This document shows positions 1 through 12,074 of a stretch of 64,000 nt of DNA, one piece after another. Where the stretch lies: contig CDROCS010001934.1 in assembly GCA_977020255.1 (NCBI GenBank), positions 186,001 through 250,000 of the forward strand, read 5' to 3'. The DNA is from Obrimoposthia wandeli (lineage: Eukaryota). Made by a program: the position numbers and the translations under genes. Under the pieces are notes generated by a model. The model saw only the letters and a program-made list of their open reading frames with translations. It was not told the origin of the DNA and searched no databases. Within the stretch, counting starts at the first letter, position 1. Each line of letters opens with the position of its first letter.

Positions 1-593
1 TAGCTGACAATTCGGTTCGTTCATTGTCCGTAGTTGACAATTAGGAGTAAGTTTTCATTGTCATCCTTGACAATTAGGTTTTTAGGAGACCCATTGTTCA
101 CAGTGGACAATTCGGGGTCAAACACACAGCAGATAGAGTTAAGGAATCAAGAAACTTTATCTAGATATAAGAAGTAGGAGCGAAGAAATTTAAGAGTTGC
201 GTTATAGATTAACCAACCTAAGTAAGAAGAATAAACCTAAAAGCTTAATCACCTGAACGTAAAATCGATACGTGGTTCATCCCCACTTCTTGTAGAGACT
301 TACAGAAGTCCTAGGAATTTTATCATACTTTTTAGAAATACGTACATAAACGTATTGTTGTGTTAGTTACGTGAATTACAAATAAACAATTTCCTACATT
401 AGAACAAGTTGTTTTTTGCACCCTTCAGAATAAGAGACATCAAATCAAATACCTTCAGATAGTACAAGAGATTAGGCAACCATAACACTAAGTAGGCCAC
501 GACCAACTTTAAGACCTGCTTCTAATCGAACTCACGTTGGGGCCCTCCGCACATAAGAGGATCTGTACCAAGTTTCGTATAGAAACCCCAACA
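1..593 (+). mobile_element. LTR-like dispersed repeat, copy 1 (left-truncated; ends ...GAAACCCCAACA)
   Basis: The 3' ~300 bp (GAACTCACGTTGGGG.CCCTCC...TAGAAACCCCAACA, TTTCCTACA, CATCCCCACTT) is the reverse complement of segments starting at 40258, 41000 and 59920. It has an AATAAA signal, a CA end and ~30-35 bp TGACAATT subrepeats at 5-115. Confidence 0.65.
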
Positions 594-3500
594 CTAATAT
601 TTTAATTCATATTTTGAAAAATCAGCAAGGTGAGCTGATTCAACTTGTATATAGATCCAATCAAAATGTCTTACATACTATACTTCAACGAGGATATAAA
701 TATACTCTTCCTGTAAACACTGTATTTGAAAACAGATTATTATAAAAATGTTTGAAATTAAATTTCCTCCTCAAATATAAAAAAACAAGTGTAAAGCGAT
801 TTCATTAAGTTCCATATTAGTAATGTTATAATGCAGTTAAAATTAATTAATATATGAAATCAAGGTTTTTTGTCGCATGGACTATATTTAGAAATTGCTT
901 ATTTAACAGTAATTGATACAGATAAGCAAGCTTGAATTAAAAAGTGATTTTACGGTAATAAATCTTTAATATAACAGTATTGTTTATAATATTTTTCGAT
1001 TTTCACTATTATAATAAATTGAAACTGAATGTTATTGAGTAGATGTTAATGTGATAAACCAAGTTATGGACTCAATCATGAGAACTTAATTCCTTTGTCC
1101 AACAAAAAACACACTGGAACAAACGTCGTAAATACTCATCTGAACCTTAGTATTAGCCAAGCAGGTATTTTCATAGTATGAATTTACCCAGTTAAATATT
1201 AATTTCAATCCTGAGGCCCATGTGAATCCAAGATACACCGTTTTTCACTGGGTCGTAAATGAAAGAGAACAGATTAACATGTAATAAATTGTTTGAAATA
1301 CGACTTCCTTGAAATACGTCAATACTCGTGAATTTTTTAAAATTCAAATGAATTTGATTATATGGGATTCTATTTTTGATGTAACCAAAGGTAACAAATA
1401 TAAAATTCTCTCACACGATTTTAGGAAATTTACATCCGTTCCTTTCTTACAAAGAATTTTACTTTGGGTAAATTACTACTGCAACAAGCTTTAACCAGAA
1501 GAGTTTCAACATTATGAATCTTGGCCTAATATCTTCGTCAAATTTATTTACTTCACCTTAACTATTGATAATTTCCGGATGGAAATTATTCTTTAAATCG
1601 ACAAGGAAACTATTTTGGATTAAATCATTAAATTTATGTCTTTGAAGTTAAGAAGCCACTCGAAAATCAACATACTTTAAATGCTTGGACCACCACTTTT
1701 TTGAAATCATATTTAAAGGTCATATTCGCATTGAACTAAATTTATCAATATCATTCATTTATTATTAATATGTATGAATATATTTGTATTTATATTTCCG
1801 GGTGTGTTGTCTAGCATAACACGGGTGGTTTGACCAGCTTTAAAGTTAAACGATTACACCAACTAAAAATACGATTGCAAATGTATATACGGCTCTGAGC
1901 TATACCATATATTGAAAACAACTGTGAGGATATATTTGATTACAGTAATTTTCTGTGTTTGTATCGTGAAAATTTTATTCCATGTTGCTGATGAATAACT
2001 AAAATTAAAATACCATTTTAGTGCATTCGCCATATTGATAACATAATAGAATAATCTACGGTGACCTAGAATATTGAGTTAGTTGAATACAAATCATCTG
2101 TTTAAAATTTATGCTATTGATAGATTTTTCGATATAGTACATTATGCTATTGTATAATTCTAAATATAAGCTGTTTTTCTAATGAGGCTGAATCTTTGTG
2201 AAAAAATTACAGAAATTATATCTAAATCAAAGGTAAAAAACAAACTTTTTGTACATTTCGGAAAGCAAAGGCCGATTTAGATTGAAACCTAACAAATACC
2301 CTAAGAAAATTAGATTAAATTAACCCAAGAATAATGCAATTTTGAAAATAAATCTGAAATGAAATTAAACTTCATTTACGTAAAAATAAACTTACATCTA
2401 ATAGATTCCTGGACTAAACGACAAATATTCCGTTTTCAAAAAGAAGAAAAATCGTTTTTAAGTTTTGATAAAACAAATGAATTTCTGGACAAAAAACATT
2501 AGAATGATTATCATTCAAATTACAAATATGGTCATGTGATTTTTTTAAAAAATTAAAAAAACAATTTTTTTGGTGAATATAAAAAGTATAATGAGAAAAA
2601 TTATTAAAATATATCATAATAAAAAATGTTGATAAATCGAGAAATATTTATTTAATGAAATACATTTCTTAAAATCTAATTATATTACATTCATAAATTG
2701 GAAAGATTTTTATAACTAATGTCTAATTAACGTATAAATTTAATATATTTTCTGGTAAATATTAAATATTAAATAATAAATATTTCATTTTATTTATATT
2801 AAAAAAATTAAATCACTAAGGAATACTGTCGAATACTGCCCCTTTTGGTGGAAAATTTTGATTTTGGTTACTTTTTTTAACCACAAGCACTGATTAGCCC
2901 GAGTAGCTGAAGTAGATAAAACAAAATAAGAAAAAGACAAAGACCTTGATCTATTAAATATCATGTTATTAAAATATAAATAATAATGTGAATTAATTAA
3001 AAAATCACATTAAAATCGAATTAAAACAGTAACATCTGATAATTAAAATTTATATTATATTTTAAGATTATCCAGTTAATCCATATAGTTGTTTAATATA
3101 CATTGTAGCAAATAAAAAGTGTGGAAATAGGCAATTGTCTAATTTATTAAATATTTATAATTAAAACATGAAAACAATTAAAAGAAAATATAGATGAATA
3201 TTAGAGTAACAACCACGGCAAATATTCAGATATTATTCTAAATGAATTTATGTATATGAAACTTCTTGTAACACTTATTTTAATCATTTTGGTTATGTTG
3301 ATAAAAAGCATACGAGCAAAATAATCTCAAAGTCCATTAATAGCTCTTAATTTCAAGCGAACTTACTGCAGATGAATGTGTTAAGTAACTTGAATAATTT
3401 TTCTGGAGAAATTTATTAATAAACTTCAATAATTGTTTAATTATTAAAGTTGAATATTTATCCATGAAACATTTATAAGAAACTAAAAAAAAATTTCAAA

Positions 3501-4369
3501 AAAAGCTGTTAGTAAAATTGTTAAATAAATTGTAAATAAATTTATAGCTTCTGTTGACTGTTTCGACTGGTCACGCTGGGTGCAGCTAACATGGTTGGGT
3601 GTTACTTAATTTGGTTAAGTGATCAATCCACTGTACTTTGGTCATAGATCGATCTGAGAGAGAATCAGCATCTAATATGTGATCGACCCTTCTCTGACAT
3701 ATCTTTAGAATTAGATCTGATTTTGCGAGAATATTTACTGCGATGTTAGAGATAGCTGTTACTTCGATGAACAGCCAAAAAGACAAAACCGTTTTTCCAA
3801 CGGAAGCTAAAATTCATCTATCTCAAAGATTGTGTGCATTTCTTAATAATTACTAAATTTAATTAAATCTCAAATCATATAATAATAATTGGTGATTCTT
3901 TAATATTTTATTCATCATAATCATAACAGCTAAATTCATCAACTTTAATTCTTTTTCGCAAACTGTACTATTTTCATTCATAATTGGTTATTACATAGTC
4001 TACACAACATTGAACACATACGTGTATGCAACAAAAAAGCGCTTAACAGTGTACAAAGACATATCGGTCTCCCATTGGCACTTTTAAATTTTTTTCCGAT
4101 TTATCAGCAATTTATTAGCAACATACGCCACCTCATGATCAGACCTAATCATAAACCAAAACAACAAACACCAAGACAGATTTCAACAAACTCTCCCGTT
4201 TTAAACTTAGCAACAAACAATAACCCCTAGATTGGGGGCTCTCCTTTAACACTTTAAAACCGTAAGAAAAAAGTTCATATACTATGTCAACTAACACAAA
4301 CAAGATATTGTTATTGTTATATTTTTAAATGGATTATTATTTCCAACTAATTCATTAGCAACAATTTCG

Positions 4370-4600
4370 TCTTCAGTAATAACAGCAATAGTGGTCAGAA
4401 AAATTATATTTTCAGCAAAAACAATAAAAATAATGATCAGTAAAAATTCTGATTCAATCAATCAATGCAATAACAATGGTCAGCAATAATTTCTGTTTTC
4501 TGTAATAATAGCAATAATTATAGTCAGCAATAATTTCTGATTTCTTTAATAACAGTAATACATATGGTCAGCAATAATTCTTATTTTTTGTTGCAATTTA
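4370..4600. repeat. Degenerate ~45-50 bp tandem array (GGTCAGCAATAATTTCTG core)
   Basis: The core motif recurs about 4-5 times. It lies just beyond the probable BEL/Pao 3' LTR start at 4946 on the - strand (purine tract followed by TGTTGGG). Confidence 0.6.
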
Positions 4601-4929
4601 AAAATTGGTCTTAGAAATTATATCAAATCTCTCTATGCCAAACAATTTTATATTAATATTTCTGTCACAAATGACATTATACAAATTTGCAGACACACAC
4701 ACGTAAATCGGCATCATTACACATATAGAGGCAGTAAAATAACAGGTGTGTGTATGTGGTGCATTTAAAATTGGACAGGTAGAAAAATCGATAGAAGATG
4801 CAATAATTCCTTCTGTATTATCTCCTACTTCACGTGAAATTTTCCCACCACGAAACAGAAGATAAAAACTGGCCATCGATATCTTAAAAATATCACTGTT
4901 TGACTGTGGGCACTTCGATAAATTTATTT

Positions 4930-5932
4930 AAATTTAATTCCCAACATTATTACCATCTTCTTCCCTTCAACAACCACTGTGGCAAAATTGGTTTCGCTAA
5001 AAGATAACTTGATAATTCTTCCTAATGTCCATTTTTCAGTCCATTCTTTTTATAGAGTTATTACTATACCATTAAATTTCAATGGCTTCTTATCTTCTAA
5101 CTAATTTTGTCTCACTGCCCACATATACATTATTTCTTCATTCAATGGTTCTATATTTAATATAACAACTACTGAAACAACCTCCGTCTCTGGTATTTTC
5201 TTTCTACCACTATGCTCACAACTTGCTATTCCATTAGTTAATAAAATGTTTGAGTGTCAGGGCTTCTAATTCCTATTCATCAATACTCTTGTAGTAAAAT
5301 GGGCCAGCATTTATTATTTGATTCACTTCAATCAATATGGCCCTGCATAATCTTACTGAATGCGCACAAATGCTTGTGGAAGTTCCTCAATTTGGAGCTT
5401 TGTTAATGGTGCCATTTATTCTTCTATAGATTTGCTTTATATTTTTTATAATGTACACAATATCTTTCTTATTAACTGCCTCACATTTTAGATTCAACAC
5501 ATTTTTGAAGCTTGCTTAATACATATTGAATAGCTGTAAAATGTCAATATTTTTGATAGTCTTATACAATCAATTTACTCAATCACGTTTTCATGATAAT
5601 ACTATGGGAAACTTAGTGTATTGAGATTAAAGCCCGGCTTGGATTATTCGTGTATTTGTCATCAATAACATTTAATCATCTAAAATGGTTCATGCTTCGT
5701 ATTTTACTTATGCTTTATACCGCTTCATTTTTTTGAATATTTTTAATTTCCTCAGCAAAATATTTTAATTTGTCTTCTTTAGTTATATGTTTATTTCCAA
5801 TTAAATATCATCCGACCTTAACTCTCCAGGCTTTCACTATTTAAGATTGAAACGAGTTATTCAGATTTTAATCTGTTTTAACATTTGCAACTCCAATAAC
5901 GTTTTAATCTCAAAACAAATTAAGTTAACACT
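4930..5932 (-). pseudogene. BEL/Pao LTR retrotransposon pol remnant (integrase and C-terminal part)
   Basis: Manual - strand translation gives MAPLTKLQIEELPQAFVRIQxDYAGP...KCW, KFPIVL and WTLGRIIKL, which are BEL/Pao integrase-region motifs. Many stops and frameshifts. Confidence 0.75.
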
Positions 5933-6179
5933 TGTAGACAAATCGTAAATCCAAGATGGCTTGGAGAAAGATATATTTAAATTCTGCCGTTTCACGGATT
6001 ATAGAATATTAAAACAAGACTAAACAAGAAACAACGATTTTATTCTCGACGTTGTCTTCCCAATTAGCACCGTTTGTCAATCTTTTCAAATAACTACACG
6101 CTGGTTTCAATCATACACCTTTGGGAAAGTGTCCAATCATCTGACCGCCATGAGAAAACCTTTGCCTTCGCGTTAAATT

Positions 6180-7287
6180 GTCATTCCCTTTAGCCAGTAT
6201 ATTGTCGCGCTTCCATACTATCACATTTTGGTTTTAATGAATTCGCCTTGGGTCAACATGGATTTGTAGACAAGCCTTCCTTAAATCCACAATGCTCAAG
6301 TTGTCTCCCAATCTTCTCCATTCTCTCAGCTTTTCTCCACATACTTCACTTTGAGCTGTATGGCTTGAAACATAATCGTTAGCTCTCGGTAATCAATCAC
6401 AGGACGAACCTTTCCTTTGTTTTGCTGTAGAACGGCCATGAGAGGTATTACACCAGTGTGCTCACCATCATACTTTCTTAGCCAACCTTGTTCTATCCAT
6501 TCTTCAATCTCTTCTTCAAATTGATTTAGTACCTCACCTTTTACCCGATATTGACTCACCTGGTTATGTAGAGCTGGCTTCATGATTCCTTTTTTCCATT
6601 CCAATCTCGCGATCCATCTTCCATTCTCGAACTTTGCATGGAAATCCTTATCCACGACATCCACGACTTCTCCCTGAATGACATTCTTCATTCCTCCTTC
6701 ATGTACACAAGTTTCATCCTTTGACTTGAATATACTATTCACTGTATAACCACACCCAACTTTTTCTTCCATCGCACAATCAACTGTTGGTTGTAAAGAG
6801 AACCGTTTGCCCGGAAGCACATTCACATGAAAATCGACTCCAACCGGATTCGATGAATCTGATACCGCACAGACCTCATTGAATTGGCCAAACATAACAT
6901 TCTTTCCATCACCACTTACCCAAATTCCACCAAGTATATTGACAGCATCCATTCCCAACAACATGTCATAGCCAGGTACTATACAAGAAAATAGATGCAC
7001 TTTAGTTGAATTTTACGTCCATTGACATTAACTTCACATTTCATGCACTTCCTCGAATTTACACTTTGTCTGTTCATTAATATTATGTTATGATCAAAAT
7101 TTGTGATTAATCCTTTGATTGTCAACGCATCTGAAAGAATAGATCTCGAACATCCCGTATCAACCATTGCTTTCAAAGCTTTAGTTCCAACATGGATGAT
7201 AACAGTTGGAATATACGCCGCATCATTGGGAGAGCCGCTGGCGCATATGGACTCCCTTAGTGGTTTTTTGATTCTCGTTTGGGACAT
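6180..7287 (-). pseudogene. pol: pol fragment: aspartic protease plus truncated reverse transcriptase
   Basis: ORF 6979-7287 contains AMVDTGCSRS. ORF 6326-7000 contains LLGMDA and GVIPLMAVLQQNKGKVRPVIDYREL. The RT continues after a frameshift to LQIHVD and is then lost. Confidence 0.85.
7211..7269 (-). promoter_or_regulatory. -1 programmed ribosomal frameshift signal (A AAA AAC, 6-nt spacer, H-type pseudoknot)
   Basis: The heptamer (7263-7269) is correctly phased in the gag frame (TCA AAA AAC CAC TAA), and a -1 shift enters the protease frame (KKPLRES). Stem 1 is GGGAG/CTCCC and stem 2 is ATATGCGCC/GGCGTATAT. Confidence 0.75.
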
Positions 7288-7940
7288 AATGGCGCCAAGT
7301 GACCAACTATATTACAGATGTAGCATCTGCGTTTTTCTTTCACATGCCAGTTTCTATAAACATGGCCTTCATCTCCACATCGGAAGCATTTGATTCCTGA
7401 ACTAATTATTCTTTTTATATGATGAGCTGCGACAGCTCCAACTTGGAAGATACCTTCAATTCCAATTTGTTTTGTCATCCTAGTCCGGGCTTCAGCTACA
7501 ACTTGCTCTAAGGAACAGTTTCCACACTTCATCGAAATTTCCAGAGCTTCTGAAGTGTCTGAAGGCAGGCCAGCGACTATCGCCAATTTTACAATGTTAT
7601 CTCCCATACCAATCTTTGATGCCAAACTTTTCAATTCCGACGCAAACCGATCGACTGATTCTCCGAGTTGCCACTTTCTTTGACTGAATCGCTTAAACGC
7701 CTCGAGCTGACCCATCCCACAGGTATCTCTTTATCGCTTCATAATTGATTATGCGTTTTTCTTTTCGTCTACTTCTAAATTCAAAAACATCATTAAGGCT
7801 TCACCTTTCTTTCTCAACGGAATAATTGAACTTAATTTTTTCTCCAGTCCAAGCAGATCGGCCTTCATTTTGATCTCACTAATCCACTCATCCACATTCG
7901 ACGTCCCATCGAAAATGCCGGTGCTCTTCAATTTCTTCAT
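7257..7940 (-). pseudogene. gag: gag (disrupted near 7716-7749), two zinc knuckles
   Basis: ORFs 7749-7940 and 7257-7715; CFRCGDEGH and CYICNIVGHLAPLC. Confidence 0.85.
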
Positions 7941-8052
7941 AGCCGAAATAGCTTTTAGACAAATCGTAAATCCAAGATGGCTTGGAGAAAGATATATTTA
8001 AATTCTGCCGTTTCACGGATTATAGAATATTAAAACAAGACTTCAAACAACA

Positions 8053-8730
8053 ACACTTATTTCAGATATTAAAACTACATCTTCTTTGATTTCATTGTAG
8101 GCATCTGATTTACTAAACCAATTATTTATAGGCCAATTTTTTGATATTTTAACTAAATATTCATGCCCCTTCCATCATTGTTTACTCTCAGCGATTTCTA
8201 CTGCCAACATTCTTCGTAATAGCACATTTTCTTTCACCTCCTGAATGATCGTCACTCGATTTGCTACAAATGGCAAATAATATCTTTTTGGTTATATGAT
8301 CCACAGCAGCACATCTCACTAGCTGACCAGAAAGTTATCTGTTTAATGTATTTACTCATGTGTTTATGAGCACCTGGACTAAATATAAACCTCCACAAGC
8401 TGTCATCAATTCTAATTTTGGAAAACCGATGAAATGTTATGAAATTACACTGTCCTTTTCTACTAACAACAATTCATCAATTTCGTCTAGGTAAATACTT
8501 CTGACATAGCTGTCATATGACGGATCCACAAACACTTCCTACAAATTCTCACATTGTGTAATCCAAGACCGAATTTGTCTCTCCAATAGATAATAACTTC
8601 CTTAATCATTATATCTAACCAAATCCTTTGCATCATAACTTTAAGATGAATTATAAATGTACTTACAAATACCAATGGATCTAAAATAGTGTATAATATA
8701 TTAAAAATTGTAGTCATATTCTGACATTTT
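8053..8730 (-). pseudogene. BEL/Pao pol remnant (RT-RNaseH/peptidase A17 region), upstream half of the element interrupted by the Gypsy insertion
   Basis: Translations include ILDPLVFVSTFIIHLKVMMQRIW (like FDPLG..SP...K..Q.LW), PFVANRVTIIQE and WKGHEYLVKISKNWP. Confidence 0.8.
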
Positions 8731-9148
8731 CTTATGACATCTTGTATACATAAATCCTAAAAACATGAATTTATATCTTCATTTAAATCTTTGATTTTTC
8801 AGTCTTCATTTATCTAAATGTTTTTTCAAATCAATAGTACTTAGAATTTCAATTTTTAGATGTCTTTACAAACGTGATAATGACTATAAGTTAAAAATTC
8901 TATCAATAAGAAGTATTTTATAAAGTATTCGACCCTTTTTCTATTAAAGATAATTTATAAATAATCCAAATAGCTTTGTTCAGAGCTACTTAGAATCTGT
9001 TCATATAAAGTGTGATAGATTGTATAATAATGAGTTGCGAGTTAGTTATTTTTCTTATTTGACAATGACACTTTTAAACAATAAGTTAAAAATGAGAATC
9101 TTTATTAAGAAATATAAATACTAGATTTTTGATTGAATCTTTTGCATA

Positions 9149-10761
9149 CAGTTGTGATCAAAAAGTAAGTGTCCACTTCGAATTTTTATTGCAATTCTTG
9201 ATTTTTCTAAAATATCATATATATAATGAATCTGAGTTAGTATATTTAGAAACTAATTATAAAATATATAATATAAAACAATAATATAACTATATTTTTT
9301 TCGTAATCTGGAGAAACATATTATTTAGAATATAATAAGTAATGCACTACTATAAAAATTAGTGTCCAAATAAAGAGTAAGTTATAAAACAACGTTTAAA
9401 CATTTATTAGCTAATTACAACAAAGGTTCTATGAAAGTTTCAATATTTAATGTTATTTGCTATTAATATTTACTATTATTGCTTTTTTTAAATTTAATTA
9501 TAGTCTGAAGTCGTCTTAGGATAGAATTGTAAAGATTACTTATTATTGCATCAGGTATTTCATCAAATACCTTCTTTACTAAATCAAATAATACTGTTTT
9601 TCTTCGAAAAATTTGATTTTTCATGTTTCTTTTCATGATTCCCCAGATATTTTCAGTGATATTTATGTCTAAGGAATATGGAGGCCAATCGCGAACAAAA
9701 GGTATTTCGTTCCTTTCGTGATAATTAATAGTTGATCTGGACCTATGAGCTGGCGCACCATCCTATATTAATATTGAGTTGGTATTTTTAATAAATTGAC
9801 AACGCCTCTTCAAGTATTCCTTGTTAGTTGCCAGAATTAACATCACAGAGACACAAAATTATTAAACGTTTACCGTATCCGGTGATAGAACCCCATACAC
9901 AAATAGAATATCCACCAAATTTCACTGTATATTTCGATTTAAACCTCGAATTGGGAGGTCTTCGAACTATACGAGAAGATTTATATGTTTGAAAGCAAGC
10001 CTCATCAGAGAAGACATAGTTTTTCTAATCTGAAATGGACATGTCAAGTGTGCGCTTTACACCAAAGGAAGTGTCGTCAAAAGTTTGTTTTCTGTTAGGG
10101 TTTTTTAGCTGATTTTCTGGAAAATAAATTACTGTGGCGTAAATTTCGTCTCACAGTAATTAATGATACTTTGTCATGCAAATTTGTCTCTACAGTGAGC
10201 TCTTTAGCTGTTAGGAAAAGATCAGTGGCAGACTTTCAGCACAATAAACAACTTTGTTTCTTCGATATACTTCGCGGTATACCAGGTTTTGATTTATTTT
10301 TTAAAGAATTAGTCTCTATATACCTTTTATATATTTTTGACACAGTAGAATGCCCACCAAGATTGCAATCTTCCGATAGGACACACTGTTGTTTATTTGC
10401 CTTATTATCTCCATTATAATGACTTCTTTATTTTAACCATATCTGACAAAATATTATAAATTTATATATATATAGGCTTACGCTAAACTAAATAAATTAT
10501 AATTACTTAATCATTACATGATAAATATGGACACTTACTTTTGATAACTTTCGTTTTGATTTGATAATAAAACTTCTATTAAACCACAACACTGTATTAA
10601 ATTACTTATAATTTTATATTTTTAAAAATCCGGCCATATATTTATAATATTAAAACAAAAGAAAGAATTGAAATTTGCATAAACAAATTTAGGTAAATAT
10701 ATTTTATAATTTATTACAAAGTGGACACTTACTTTTGATTACATATATATATATATCACTG
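9149..10761 (-). mobile_element. Tc1-like (DD34E) DNA transposon, decayed, IR/DR-type ends
   Basis: TA + CAGTTGTGATCAAAAAGTAAGTGTCCACTT on the left, with its inverse at 10719-10743, and inner repeats near 9360 and 10526. The - strand gives VFSDEACFQT, (Q)DGAPAHR and WPPYSLDINITENIW. Confidence 0.8.
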
Positions 10762-11260
10762 TTTAAGATATTATTTTTTAACAAGTTTTAATTTCTTTTT
10801 GAGTAATTTTAAAAAACTCGTATATATTCTGTGTATTTAAAAAAGCAGTTTCATTTGTAATGATCAAGCTTGATGACAAAAATGCAGTTAAAGATTGAGA
10901 AAAATAAAATTGCCTGATAGAGGTTCTGATGAAGTAAAAGCAGTGAAATATTTGGTGAAGTTAATAATATATATTTACAGTATATTTAATTTATATTAAA
11001 TTTGTTTCTACAAAACATTCGTAACTAGTCTCCGCTACAATTAAATTTCACTAAATCAGCTATACCATATCTTAGCAAAATTGAACTTTGAATGCAAACT
11101 TGATATTGATATTTATCATATCTTTTGAGTACTTCCAAAATTGCATGAATGATTTAAAATATTTGTGTTGGGATTGAAAATGAATTAACAAAATTCAAAT
11201 CAATTCATTTAAATTGACATATAGTTCTGAAGTGCCCACAATCAGGGAGGAAAACAATTT

Positions 11261-11316
11261 CAACCTCCGACGGGGGAAAACCCCGTTCGCCTTGCCAGGC
11301 TCGTCAGGGGGTGGCT
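11261..11316 (-). ncRNA. Hammerhead ribozyme, type I, probably degenerate (GAA instead of GAAA)
   Basis: The - strand reads CCACCCC CTGACGA GCCT GGCA AGGC GAA CGGGG TTTT CCCCC GTC GGAGGTT. Core CUGANGA, a perfect stem II, stem III and a GUC triplet are present. One core A is missing and stem I is imperfect. Confidence 0.7.
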
Positions 11317-12074
11317 CTAAAATGTCAGAGATAAATCTGACAAGATAAAGTGATTTTGACCACCAAGATTCTGTCTTCCCAGCAATATCAACATATGCAA
11401 GATCGGTCTTCCACCTCTCCGGCCAACGACTCATACGGCAGCACTGACCAGCTGACACTGTTCTGGTGGTGCTACTGTCGCAGCGTCGATCCATCGTCTT
11501 CTCTCTCAACCGATTCTCTCCCTTTTCTGTCGAGTTGTTTTTGGAGATTGCAGTTTGATCCAATCTCCCTTTCTCAGGCTGACGACTAACAACTGTGACA
11601 GGGGTGGTAACAGCAACGGCAGCTACTGCACACCCAATCTCTCTCGCGTGTCCCTACTGTCGTCTGTCATTTGTGGTTAGTGACGGTGACTGCATTAGAT
11701 AGCTGCACACTGATCGGTCATATGTGTGCGCCTATCTCTCAATTTTGGGGATAAAGTCGAATCAAACTGACCTATTTTCCCTTTCTGGTTACCTTTGTGT
11801 CTATTCCCTCTACCAAGCCGCCAACTGTGTTCCCCATGTACAGTCTACAAGTCGACAATTCCCATCTGCCCATTCTATATAGTTTACCTAACGCGTATTC
11901 ACTTTCCGTGGCACCCAAACTCTCACTATCTTACCATCTGCAGAAATACTCGCTCAAACACACAGTTTCGCACATGCACACACCGCAGCCTCTTTTCTTT
12001 CGTCTCTGTACTCTCTTTTTCCAGCCATTTCCATCGACACTGTATCGGTGTGTGTGCATGTTGATCGACTGATA

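Larger units (their letters stand above)
5933..8052 (-). mobile_element. Ty3/Gypsy-like LTR retrotransposon, internally deleted, ~95-100 bp LTRs, ACACT target-site duplication
   Basis: Direct repeats at 5933-6026 and ~7954-8052 with an identical core. ACACT flanks both ends (5928-5932 and 8053-8057). Interior: gag with two CCHC-type knuckles, DTG protease, and the RT N-terminus (VRPVIDYREL; SIVDLRKACLQ). Confidence 0.85.

Noticed and set aside
3586-3800. - strand ORF starting SVGKT as a P-loop exon
   Set aside because: The upstream glycine and the downstream GTPase motifs are absent, and no partner exons were found.
10920-10965. CTGATGA...GAAA as a hammerhead
   Set aside because: No stem II, stem III or stem I pairing.
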